DNA of 64,000 nucleotides from Atopobiaceae bacterium (GTDB lineage: Bacteria > Actinomycetota > Coriobacteriia > Coriobacteriales > Atopobiaceae): positions 3,352 to 67,351 of the forward strand of contig JBJEKW010000081.1 of the NCBI GenBank assembly GCA_051878835.1, written 5' to 3'. Below, one piece after another: positions 8,959 through 19,127 of this stretch; positions within the stretch are counted from its first letter, which is position 1, and every line of letters starts with the position of its first letter. A program made the translations under genes and the position numbers. The notes beneath the pieces were generated by a model, which was given only the letters and a program-made list of their open reading frames with translations, was not told the origin of the DNA and searched no databases.

Positions 8959-10001
8959 GCTATTCACACAACAATGGCGGCGGAGGCTATAGGGGCAACC
9001 ATGGCTACAAGGGCGGCCAAGGTAAGCCTCGAGGCAACCGCAATGGTGGAAGTCATCAAGGACCGGGCAGAAGATTTCAGGCTTCGCCCGTGCCGTTTCA
9101 GTCGAAGAACCTTTCATGGGCGTACTATGCCGAATACTACCAAGACAGGGCCGGCAATTGGCTGTCGAACAACTCTGATGGCAACGTGATTGAGGGTCGC
9201 AATCTTGGACTGCTCACGTGCGGGAGTGGGCTTCACAGCGATCTTGCAGCCGCAGTCTCTCATGACGAACCACTGTCGGGGGTTCCCGGATACGGCTCCT
9301 TCAGGCTCAAGACGGCGTATCAGGGGCTGCTTATGGGGACGGGCTACCTTCATGCCCACGGGTCCGAAGACGGTTCGGATAACAATAACGCCTCAGGTGC
9401 ATCCGCGTTTAAAGGCGAGATAGGGATGGGGTTCTCGTTCGACTATCCATCCGGACTTCCGTATCTGCCCGGCTCATCCGTGAAGGGTTCAATTAGATCG
9501 GTGTTTCCTTGGGGTGACTCGGAGTCAAAGGACCCCATGTTCTTGAACAAGTGCGGCATCGTTGGGGCACTGCTTGTAGAGACTTTTGGGCGCGATTCTA
9601 TGAGTCAAGCAACGGCAGCGTCCAACGTGAATGACATTGGGGCAAAGGATATTGTTGAACTGAGAAACGCACTGTTTGATAACGGGGTCACGTTTCTTGA
9701 TGCCTTCCCGTATCTCCCGCCCTGCGATGAGATTAGGGGTGGGCTGCTGGCAACTGACTACATAACCCCGCATCACCGGGGAAACAAGGACGTCTTTGGC
9801 AACCCCATGCCAATTCAGATTCTGAAAGTACGAGCCGGCGTTCAGTTTGAATTTCGCTTCATTCTGCCAGATCGTGTAGAGCTTTCATCTGGCGTCCTGC
9901 TCGATCATGATGATTTGCTTGCATTTCTAAGAACGACCATTATGTTCGTTGGTGTGGGCGCAAAAACCAGTACTGGATATGGTCGGCTAATTCAGCCATG
10001 A
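8955..10001 (+). CDS. cmr6: Type III-B RAMP subunit Cmr6 with a Gly/Arg-rich N-terminal tail
   Basis: 348 aa with YLPGSSVKGSIRSVF and the C-terminal FVGVGAKTSTGYGRL glycine-rich loop. The N-terminal ~45 aa are low complexity (NNGGGGYRGNHGYKGGQGKPRGNRNGGSHQGPGRR). Confidence 0.85.
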   Translation: MSYSHNNGGGGYRGNHGYKGGQGKPRGNRNGGSHQGPGRRFQASPVPFQSKNLSWAYYAEYYQDRAGNWLSNNSDGNVIEGRNLGLLTCGSGLHSDLAAAVSHDEPLSGVPGYGSFRLKTAYQGLLMGTGYLHAHGSEDGSDNNNASGASAFKGEIGMGFSFDYPSGLPYLPGSSVKGSIRSVFPWGDSESKDPMFLNKCGIVGALLVETFGRDSMSQATAASNVNDIGAKDIVELRNALFDNGVTFLDAFPYLPPCDEIRGGLLATDYITPHHRGNKDVFGNPMPIQILKVRAGVQFEFRFILPDRVELSSGVLLDHDDLLAFLRTTIMFVGVGAKTSTGYGRLIQP

Positions 10002-10029
10002 TTGCTGACAGGCCGAGGTACGGTGGGCG

Positions 10030-12021
10030 GTGGCTGGTGTTTGGCCTCGGCCACATCGCGGGATGGAGGACGCCGGGTTGGCAGTCAATGCGAATATCGA
10101 GGAGTTTAGTGCAGCAGACGAGCGTGTTAGCTTTCACACGTTCGTCTTTCCCTTTCGTTGGGTCGTGGACGGGAATCCAGGAATCCCAGGCGCTAAGGGC
10201 GGCTCGACCTCTGCCAAGGGCACGGGAATGGATACCCGCAGGGAGTTCGCCAAGTGTCTGAACGACCGGTTCAAGATGGTCGATGCCACATGGCTTGATT
10301 GCGATGGCAATGACGCCGGAGGTGACTGGGAGCAGGGGTATGCCGTTTATCAGTACTTCAACAATGCAGCAAGGCGCCTCATGACCTGCAACTCGTCAGA
10401 GGCCTCTGGCAAATTTGGCCTCGAGAGCGACGTGGTGTGGAACTACAGGTTTGTTCCTCCCAAGGGTACTGGCAAGCTCAGCTACTACATCTGCTGCGCT
10501 GGGGATTCAGAGAATCGCTGCGCCAACAGTGGTCAAGGTGCGTGTGCCTCGGGCGGGGAAAGAGATTGTTTGAGAAAGACGGAGTACTTTCTCCCTGTCC
10601 GAGCGATTTGGGTCAAGCTCTTCGATATGGGAATAGGGCTTCTGGTGTTCGAACTCGAGTACTGGGGCCACAAGCGGGTCACGTACCCGGCATGCGCGAG
10701 CCTAAAGTCGAACAATTCTTCCCAGCAGTGGGAGCGCACCCCATTTGAGGATGTAAACATTATCAACGAGCGGGGGAGGCGCGTTTTCCCTCCGTTCCTT
10801 GGCAAGGCTGTCAGCGAGAAGTCTGGAGGAAGGGGCCTGTCTGCCGATGCAATAGCGCTGGTGTGGGACAATGGGGAGTCGTGGGACTACTACTACGATG
10901 ACGACCTCGTCGAGAACAATACCTTCACAAAGATTAGTTTTCGCAAAGAGCACGACGGTTCATTTGATCCGTTGGTCCCTAACTTCGTGAGCTACTTTCT
11001 CACGGGTAGCTTTTGCGAGGATGGCAGGAAGACGGTCTTCACGGCTGACGTGTTCGATGGCGACGGCGAGCCGGATGGCGAGGTCTGCTCGACCGACGGC
11101 AAGGTACACTACGCCATTGATCCCATTATTGACGAGCGCATGTTCACGATGTGCTTTCTAGGGGACAAGGATTTCTCCGACCGAATAAAGGGTGGCGACT
11201 GTCGACAGGGTGCGGGAGATTATCCGTACCTGACGGACCGGGACGTGATGGAGGATCTGTACTGCTTTGGGTTTATCGACGAACATGGTAGCTGCAGCTG
11301 CCAGAACCGTGTGATGCTCAAAGACATGCTTCAGACGCATGTGTACGCCCGCTGGATAGATTACGGGACCGTCAACATCTCAAGCGAGTATTCATTCATG
11401 TGCCTGTCAAGCGGAATGCCGTCTCTTCTCACCAACCCGTTTCTGACGGAGTACCAGCAGATCATTTACATCGTGCTCGCGCAGCGGGCTTCTCTGCTTA
11501 GCCTTGAGAGCCTCATTAGCCAGTATGCCCTCGAAGCGCACAAGGACAAGGACGAGGAAGGAAAGGAATTCGAGAGTTTAGAGTACACTATGGGACTCAA
11601 GGTCCGGGGACTGCAACGTCGCCATATCTACTTCTCGAGCAGGTATCTGCTGCCCGAAATCACGTCGCAGCAACAGGGTATCGAGTTGTATGACATGCTC
11701 CTGGACACCATGCTGGTTGACAAGAGAAGCCAGCAGATTGACAAGCAAATCAACGACCTCTTTGATCTGAAGAACAACGAGTATGATCTCGACGAAAGCA
11801 GGGACAACCGGGCTCAGAATGCGGTCCTGTTTGTCATTGCATTGGCTGGGTTGATTAGCCTTGCGTGCGATTTGGCGGGCGCGCCCCTGGAAGGCGTGGT
11901 CAACGATGGGTGGTTCCTCCTGTTGTTTGTCTTCATCTTCGGCGCTCTCTACGGTTTAATTCGCAAATTTGGATATCACGTGAGTGATCTGGCCAAGTCG
12001 ATTAGAAATAGGTCGAGCTAG
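10030..12021 (+). CDS. Hypothetical membrane protein with CorA-like topology; candidate type III ancillary effector
   Basis: 663-aa ORF with a GTG start 28 nt after the cmr6 stop, preceded by GAGG, on the same strand. It has a large soluble N-terminal region and long helical segments (YQQIIYIVLAQRASLLSLESLISQ; QQIDKQINDLFDLKNNEYDLDES). There are exactly two C-terminal hydrophobic helices, AVLFVIALAGLISLACDLAG and WFLLLFVFIFGALYGLI, followed by basic RKF. The loop between them has no GMN motif (APLEGVVNDG). Confidence 0.6.
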   Translation: MAGVWPRPHRGMEDAGLAVNANIEEFSAADERVSFHTFVFPFRWVVDGNPGIPGAKGGSTSAKGTGMDTRREFAKCLNDRFKMVDATWLDCDGNDAGGDWEQGYAVYQYFNNAARRLMTCNSSEASGKFGLESDVVWNYRFVPPKGTGKLSYYICCAGDSENRCANSGQGACASGGERDCLRKTEYFLPVRAIWVKLFDMGIGLLVFELEYWGHKRVTYPACASLKSNNSSQQWERTPFEDVNIINERGRRVFPPFLGKAVSEKSGGRGLSADAIALVWDNGESWDYYYDDDLVENNTFTKISFRKEHDGSFDPLVPNFVSYFLTGSFCEDGRKTVFTADVFDGDGEPDGEVCSTDGKVHYAIDPIIDERMFTMCFLGDKDFSDRIKGGDCRQGAGDYPYLTDRDVMEDLYCFGFIDEHGSCSCQNRVMLKDMLQTHVYARWIDYGTVNISSEYSFMCLSSGMPSLLTNPFLTEYQQIIYIVLAQRASLLSLESLISQYALEAHKDKDEEGKEFESLEYTMGLKVRGLQRRHIYFSSRYLLPEITSQQQGIELYDMLLDTMLVDKRSQQIDKQINDLFDLKNNEYDLDESRDNRAQNAVLFVIALAGLISLACDLAGAPLEGVVNDGWFLLLFVFIFGALYGLIRKFGYHVSDLAKSIRNRSS

Positions 12022-12696
12022 AGAGGATTACCGTATTTGGTGAATGGTTGAGCGATGGGATTCCGACGCACGGATGCGATGACCAAAGAAATGCTTGATT
12101 CGAGAGTCACACGGAACAGCGCCGGCATCATCACGACCTCCTTCACCCCCGAGCATCCAGAAAAGGTCGCAGCTTTCGCTGTCTTTCTGAAAGAACCTCG
12201 GTTTGACCGGGTCAATGAGTGGACGAGCTCGTTCGAACATTGCTCTACTCGCTGGTGCTTACCCATGTGTGGCCATCAACGCAACCATGATTACCGGGAT
12301 AGGAAAACTGGACCGGAGAAACCGCAAGGCCTTTCTGCCTCGAGGCAACGAGTGTAATAGACATGCTTCGTCCTATTGATAAGCTTCTGAACTATCAGAA
12401 ACGAGGCTTCGTCAAGATTCCTCGGGAGCTCGATACAGAAGGACCCCCGGAATAAACTCGAACCATCCGGTCCGTGAAGTAGTCTCATATATATACCAAG
12501 AGGGGCGCGAGGGAATACCCTGAGAGCACCACTAGTAATGCGTGTCTCTATCTTGGCGGCCAGCGGTTCGCCTCAGTGGTGAGTTAACAGTTCTTGGGGT
12601 ATCCGTTGCTTTCGCGATGGCTGTCTACGGGACTCTCGCTGCACCTTCCTGTTCCTCATGCCGTCTCCTTTTTGCAAGTCACAGTTGCCGTCAATG

Positions 12697-12769
12697 CAAA
12701 ACCACCCACATGACGAGGCTTTGTACCTTTCGTACACAAAGTATCGTCACGTGGGTGGTTTTGTTTTTC
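12697..12769 (+). terminator. Long imperfect hairpin followed by a T-run (intrinsic-terminator-like, or the 3' end of an sRNA)
   Basis: CAAAACCACCCACATGACGA (12697-12716) pairs with TCGTCACGTGGGTGGTTTTG (12744-12763) with one mismatch. The inner part can also pair (CTTTGTAC with GTACacAAAG). The hairpin is followed directly by TTTTTCT. Confidence 0.5.
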
Positions 12770-12919
12770 TCGACGGTTACCTTGTGACCATGCCTTGGTG
12801 GAGGATGCGGTCACACTCTCATGACTACCGCGTTTACCTGGTGCTTTATGGAGCGTCCAAGAAACGCTTTGGCGCAAACTTTCCGGGATTACTCCTCGCG
12901 TAAAAACTATCGATATCTG

Positions 12920-12984
12920 GGATGCCCACCCGAGTGTAGTTTGTACATTCGACGCACAAAGTATTGCCGTGTGGGTGGTTTTGC
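12920..12984 (+). repeat. Second, degenerate copy of the 12697-12763 hairpin element
   Basis: GCACAAAGTATTGCCGTGTGGGTGGTTTTG (about 12954-12984) closely matches ACACAAAGTATCGTCACGTGGGTGGTTTTG (12734-12763). The upstream CCCACCCGAGTG...GTTTGTAC is a decayed left arm. Confidence 0.6.
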
Positions 12985-13305
12985 ACACTGGAAGGCTTGA
13001 GGAAGCCTGTTTTGGTGCGGCGTGCGGGCTGCTGGCATGTGGGCTGCCGGGGCTATTCTGCCACAGAAAAAGCCAGGACCGGCGAAATTGCTGACCCTGG
13101 CTTTGTCTTAAAACTCTCGCTCCGAAATAGTGAGAAGCACTGTTCGTGACGCGGTTCAAGAGGTGATTGCCCGCCGCGCGCGCTTTGAGAGCTCCTGCCT
13201 GCCACATGCGGTCCGAGAAGCGCCGTTCGAGCAGCGGCCCGCGAGCAGCGTCCCGCAAGAAACCCAGCCCGAGAACTCCTGCCCGAGAACCGTAGCCCTA
13301 GCTTC

Positions 13306-15360
13306 CTAGTAGTGCACCACGACCACGTCGCCCACCTGCGTGAGCTGGTACAGCGTTGCCGCCGCCGACGTGGGGAGGTTCACGCATCCGTGGCTGCCGT
13401 TGCCACTGTAAATCGTGCCTCCGAACGAGCTTCGCCACGAGGCGTCGTGGAAGGCGACCAGGTTGTCAACGAAGGGCATCCAGTAGGTAACCTGGCTCGT
13501 GTAGTCGGGCTGACCATCGCCGTTCTCGTCCAGGCCCTTTAGGGTCTGGTTCATTCCCTTGTTGTCGTTTATGGTGTACACGCCTTCGGGGGTGGAGTGA
13601 TCGTCGGTGGGGTCACCCGACACAAAGTCCGACTCCCAAATGAGGTTGCCGCTCTCGTCGTACATGCGAGCGTGCTGCTCGGTGAGGTCGCAGTCGATGT
13701 AGCGAGCACCCCAGTCCTGGCCACCCTGCACCCAGTTGACGGCTGTCGACTTCATGGGAACCTCGGCGGTCGTGCTGTTCTGTTGGATTGCGGCAACGAT
13801 GTTCTGCGCGAGGTTGGCTCCGTCCACGACCCAGCCATACTCGCCGCCGGTAACCGTGAACTGCTTGCCGTCGGGGCGGGTGTACGTGCGCGTGGTTCCC
13901 ACCGTGTCGTACTGCTTCGAGAAGTCGCCCTGCGTCCAGGTGGTAATGGCGTCAAGGTCTCCGCTTACGTTGCCCGAGTCGTCCACGGTAAACCAGCTGG
14001 CGAACTGGTCGCTGGATACGGTGGCGATGGTGGTGCCGTTGTACGTAAGCGTAAGGTCCTGGCCAGCAAGCTCGTTTGCCTTCTGCAGACTGTCCTTAAG
14101 CGACTGCGAGTCGGCGGTAATGGTGGGCTGCTCCAGGTCGGATTCGTCAAGCGTCGCCTGAGACGAGGCGTTGGACACGGCTTCGCTCGCCACTGCCTCC
14201 ACGCTGTCCTTGTTGAGCGTGGTGCCGCCCTGCGCATCCACGATCGAGAATTGCTTCGAGTTCGAGTCGTACTTCAGGGTCGCGTTCACGGGGGCCGTCG
14301 CAGTGGAGTTAAAGTCGTCCACCGCCTGGCTTACCAAGGTGTTCAGCTTGTCGGAGTCGAAGGTTACACCCTCGGTTACGTTGTAGTCGTGCTCGCCGGC
14401 AATAAGTACCGGCCAAGCCCATGCGTTGAACTGCGACTTCGCGCTCTCGGCGAACGCGGTGCCGTCGGAGCTGTAGTCGATGTCCGAGCCGTCTACGGCA
14501 AAAGTGAAGTTGTCGCCCGTCACGTTTAGCTGGTAGTTCTCGCTGGCGTTGGCTATCTGCTGTGCCAGCTCGTCCACCGTAAGGCCCGACGCGTCGTAGT
14601 TTCCAACCTTCGTGTTGGGAAGGAAGTGCGACATAAAGTACACCGAACCACCCACATACACCACGGCAAGGCCCGCCGCAATGGCGGCTATCGCCTTGCC
14701 AGCGCCCTTGTGGGACTTCTTGGGCTTCGGAGCTGGGGGGGCAACGTGAGCCCCCTGGAACTTGTTGCGCATGGCATCTCCCGATTTCGAGCCAGAATTG
14801 CTCTTCTTTGCGGCGTTGGACCGCGGTGAATAGGTGGTGTTGACGGTCGCGGCGCTCTTGAATCCTTGGGCGCCGGTGGTGGGGGAGTCGGATGCGGCCT
14901 GATCTGCTGCCGCAGACGAGGCGCCGTCTGTATTGTTGGAGCTTGCCAGGCCGAGGCCTGCTGCGTTAGCGGCTTCCACGCCCTCCTCGTTCGATTCTGC
15001 CGAGAAGCGCGTATGGTTCGAGGCGTCATCGCCTGCGTCCTCGACGCGGTCGGGCGTGTGCTCCCACCCGTCGGACCCCAGAACCGCAGTGGTATCGGAG
15101 GACGCGGGGTCGGCTACAGGCCCAGAGACGGGGTCGGCAGACGCGGGCGCGGCAGCTGCCGCACCGGGCTGGTCGGGTTGGTCCTCGATCGAAGGAACGC
15201 GGACGGTGCGCTTCGCCCTCATGGCACGCTCACCGGCATTGGCACGGTGAGTGCGCTCGCTTTTAGGCAGCTCTCCGTCTCCCGAGGGGCTGTTACCATA
15301 TACATTGCCGTCGATGTTCGAAAGAATCCTGTTCAAATCATCTTCGTTGTAGTTGGCCAT
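13306..15360 (-). CDS. L,D-transpeptidase family protein (YkuD domain) with a disordered N-terminus and one TM segment
   Basis: 684 aa. The C-terminal catalytic motif is GSHGCVNLP. The TM segment is AIAAIAAGLAVVYVGGSVYFM, preceded by an Ala/Ser/Pro/Asp-rich low-complexity region. Confidence 0.85.
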   Translation of the reverse strand: MANYNEDDLNRILSNIDGNVYGNSPSGDGELPKSERTHRANAGERAMRAKRTVRVPSIEDQPDQPGAAAAAPASADPVSGPVADPASSDTTAVLGSDGWEHTPDRVEDAGDDASNHTRFSAESNEEGVEAANAAGLGLASSNNTDGASSAAADQAASDSPTTGAQGFKSAATVNTTYSPRSNAAKKSNSGSKSGDAMRNKFQGAHVAPPAPKPKKSHKGAGKAIAAIAAGLAVVYVGGSVYFMSHFLPNTKVGNYDASGLTVDELAQQIANASENYQLNVTGDNFTFAVDGSDIDYSSDGTAFAESAKSQFNAWAWPVLIAGEHDYNVTEGVTFDSDKLNTLVSQAVDDFNSTATAPVNATLKYDSNSKQFSIVDAQGGTTLNKDSVEAVASEAVSNASSQATLDESDLEQPTITADSQSLKDSLQKANELAGQDLTLTYNGTTIATVSSDQFASWFTVDDSGNVSGDLDAITTWTQGDFSKQYDTVGTTRTYTRPDGKQFTVTGGEYGWVVDGANLAQNIVAAIQQNSTTAEVPMKSTAVNWVQGGQDWGARYIDCDLTEQHARMYDESGNLIWESDFVSGDPTDDHSTPEGVYTINDNKGMNQTLKGLDENGDGQPDYTSQVTYWMPFVDNLVAFHDASWRSSFGGTIYSGNGSHGCVNLPTSAAATLYQLTQVGDVVVVHY

Positions 15361-15493
15361 ATTGGCTCGCTCTCCAATGAATGAGCTGCGACTGACGTAG
15401 AGTGGGTCGGGTGTGCCGCAGACGGTAGGAATAATCCTTTAAGCGGTATGTTACCTTGACTCCCTGAAAGACGCCCGAGGGGGCTGGCAATCC

Positions 15494-16318
15494 ATGACAA
15501 TACTACGCTTGCACGACCTTCGAGATTCGCGCTTGGACCCGTATGCCCGTCTTACCGAAAACCAGCTGCGCAACCGGCTTGAACCGCAAAAGGGAATCAT
15601 GATTGTGGAGTCGGCTATCGCAATACAGGTCGCGCTGGATTCTGGCGTTCGTCCCCTTTCGCTGCTGCTTGAGGAACGACAGCTGGAAACCTGCGAAAAA
15701 CTCGTTTCACAAATGCCGAAGGATGCGCCGGTGCTCGTGCTGCCGCAGGAGGAGCTTAGCAAACTTGCCGGATACCGCGTAACGCGCGGTCCCTTCGCCG
15801 CCATGCGGCGCCCGCAGTCCCGCGATCCCAAGGAGGTCCTGCGCGGCGCAAGCAGGGTGGCGGTGCTGGAGGGGCTTGTGGACGTGTCGAACGTGGGTGC
15901 GGTTTTTCGATCGGCCGCAGCACTGGACGTGGACGCCGTTCTGGTGGCGCCCACCTGCGCTGACCCGCTTGTGCGAAGGGCTATCCGCGTGTCCATGGGC
16001 ACCGTGTTCCAGGTGCCCTGGGCAAGGCTGGGGAAGGACTGGCCGAACAATGCGTTCCCCCTTCTTCGTGGGGGCGGGTTCTATTGCGTGGCTCTTGCCC
16101 TAGACGAGCGGGCCGTCGCCTTGGACGACCCCTCACTAAAGGGGCGCGACCATTTGGCGCTGTTCTTCGGAACCGAAGCCACGGGACTGAGTCGCCCCGT
16201 TCTGGAACGCTGCGACGCCACGGCGATAATCCCCATGTCCCATGGGGTCGACTCGCTCAACGTTGCCGCCTCGTCGGCCGTGGCATTCTGGGAGTTGTGC
16301 CACAAGCGTCTCGCTTAG
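15494..16318 (+). CDS. TrmH/SpoU-family RNA 2'-O-methyltransferase
   Basis: 274 aa with SpoU motifs: VLEGLVDVSNVGAVFRSAAAL, LFFGTEATGLS and IPMSHGVDSLNVAASSAVAFWEL. Confidence 0.85.
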   Translation: MTILRLHDLRDSRLDPYARLTENQLRNRLEPQKGIMIVESAIAIQVALDSGVRPLSLLLEERQLETCEKLVSQMPKDAPVLVLPQEELSKLAGYRVTRGPFAAMRRPQSRDPKEVLRGASRVAVLEGLVDVSNVGAVFRSAAALDVDAVLVAPTCADPLVRRAIRVSMGTVFQVPWARLGKDWPNNAFPLLRGGGFYCVALALDERAVALDDPSLKGRDHLALFFGTEATGLSRPVLERCDATAIIPMSHGVDSLNVAASSAVAFWELCHKRLA

Positions 16319-16463
16319 CTTCGTTCGGAAGCAAGTCGTGTTACGTTACCTAGTAGCGAAACGCGACTATAGGTATGGTACCTCATTCAGTATTCATTCC
16401 TATCGAGAAGTACAAACTTCTCGAAAATGCTTCCTAATAATGATCATCTACCGATTCTCGGCA

Positions 16464-16500
16464 CAAAAAAACGGGGGCGCAGCCAATTTGGCTGCGCCCC
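16464..16500 (-). terminator. Intrinsic terminator of ftsH
   Basis: On the + strand an A7 run precedes GGGGGCGCAGCC-AATTT-GGCTGCGCCCC. On the - strand this reads as a GC-rich hairpin followed by T7, about 55 nt after the ftsH stop. Confidence 0.75.
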
Positions 16501-16556
16501 ACGCGCTGTCCGTGTTCCGACCAGGTGAGCAAAGCTGCCTGGCTCAGGAAAGGTTT

Positions 16557-18476
<1,920 letters not shown>

Positions 18477-18849
18477 AGTGTTCCTTACCCGTGGGACGCC
18501 GGCGACGGAGTCGCGGCGCCCTGCTGCTAGTGCGCGAACAGGTGCGACGGCAAACGCGACGTTTGGCATTCAGGGGTTTGCCAGCCGTAATCCCAATACT
18601 ACCCCTCGATTGCACCGGGTAAACTCCTTCGGCCGCCAGTGCATATATATGTATGAGTTTTGGAACGGCTGTGGGAAAACGGCGCTGCACGCGGATGTTC
18701 TTCTTGCCCCGACAGAGCGGGAAGTGGCGTGCGCCGGTTGCATTGCGAACCTCTTTACAAAGAAGCCCTCTGCGGACGCCTTGCCGTTCGCGGCGTGCTA
18801 TCATACCGTTCATAGAAGCTGAGATGGGGAGAGTACCCTGCACGTCTGG

Positions 18850-19098
18850 GCCCACAGAGAGCGGGAAGGCTGAGAAACCGCGGTCCTGTGCAGAGGAAGA
18901 TCACCCCGGAGCCGCGGCCCGAACGTCGCCCCGCAGGTCCTGGTGCCATGCCAGGAGGGGAGGTCAGTAGGCGTCGCCGGAGTGGCCGCCGTCATAGGCC
19001 AGCCGAGTACCGGGAGCACAGGCTCCTTGCTGGGTGGTTACAAGCGAAGCTCGACCTTCAGGCGCTTCGTCCCAGCATGCAGGGACGGGCGCCTTTTT
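18850..19098 (+). promoter_or_regulatory. T-box leader (Ile specifier) controlling ileS
   Basis: There is an AGAGAG box at 18856-18861 and a candidate specifier GGAAG-ATC-A at about 18895-18903 (AUC is an Ile codon). The T-box-like sequence TGGGTGGTTACAAGCG lies at 19031-19046. Its 3' part GCGAAGC can pair with GCTTCG in the left arm of a terminator hairpin, GGCGCTTCGTCCC (19061-19073) with GGGACGGGCGCC (19082-19093), followed by TTTTT. Confidence 0.65.
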
Positions 19099-19127
19099 GG
19101 CGTCCCAGACACAGAAGGGATGGCACG

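Noticed and set aside
12656-13258. 200-aa - strand ORF in the island tail
   Set aside because: It runs straight through both hairpin repeat copies. Its translation is Ser/Ala/Arg/Gln-rich with no motif or RBS. It is treated as non-coding, though with less certainty than the shadow ORFs.
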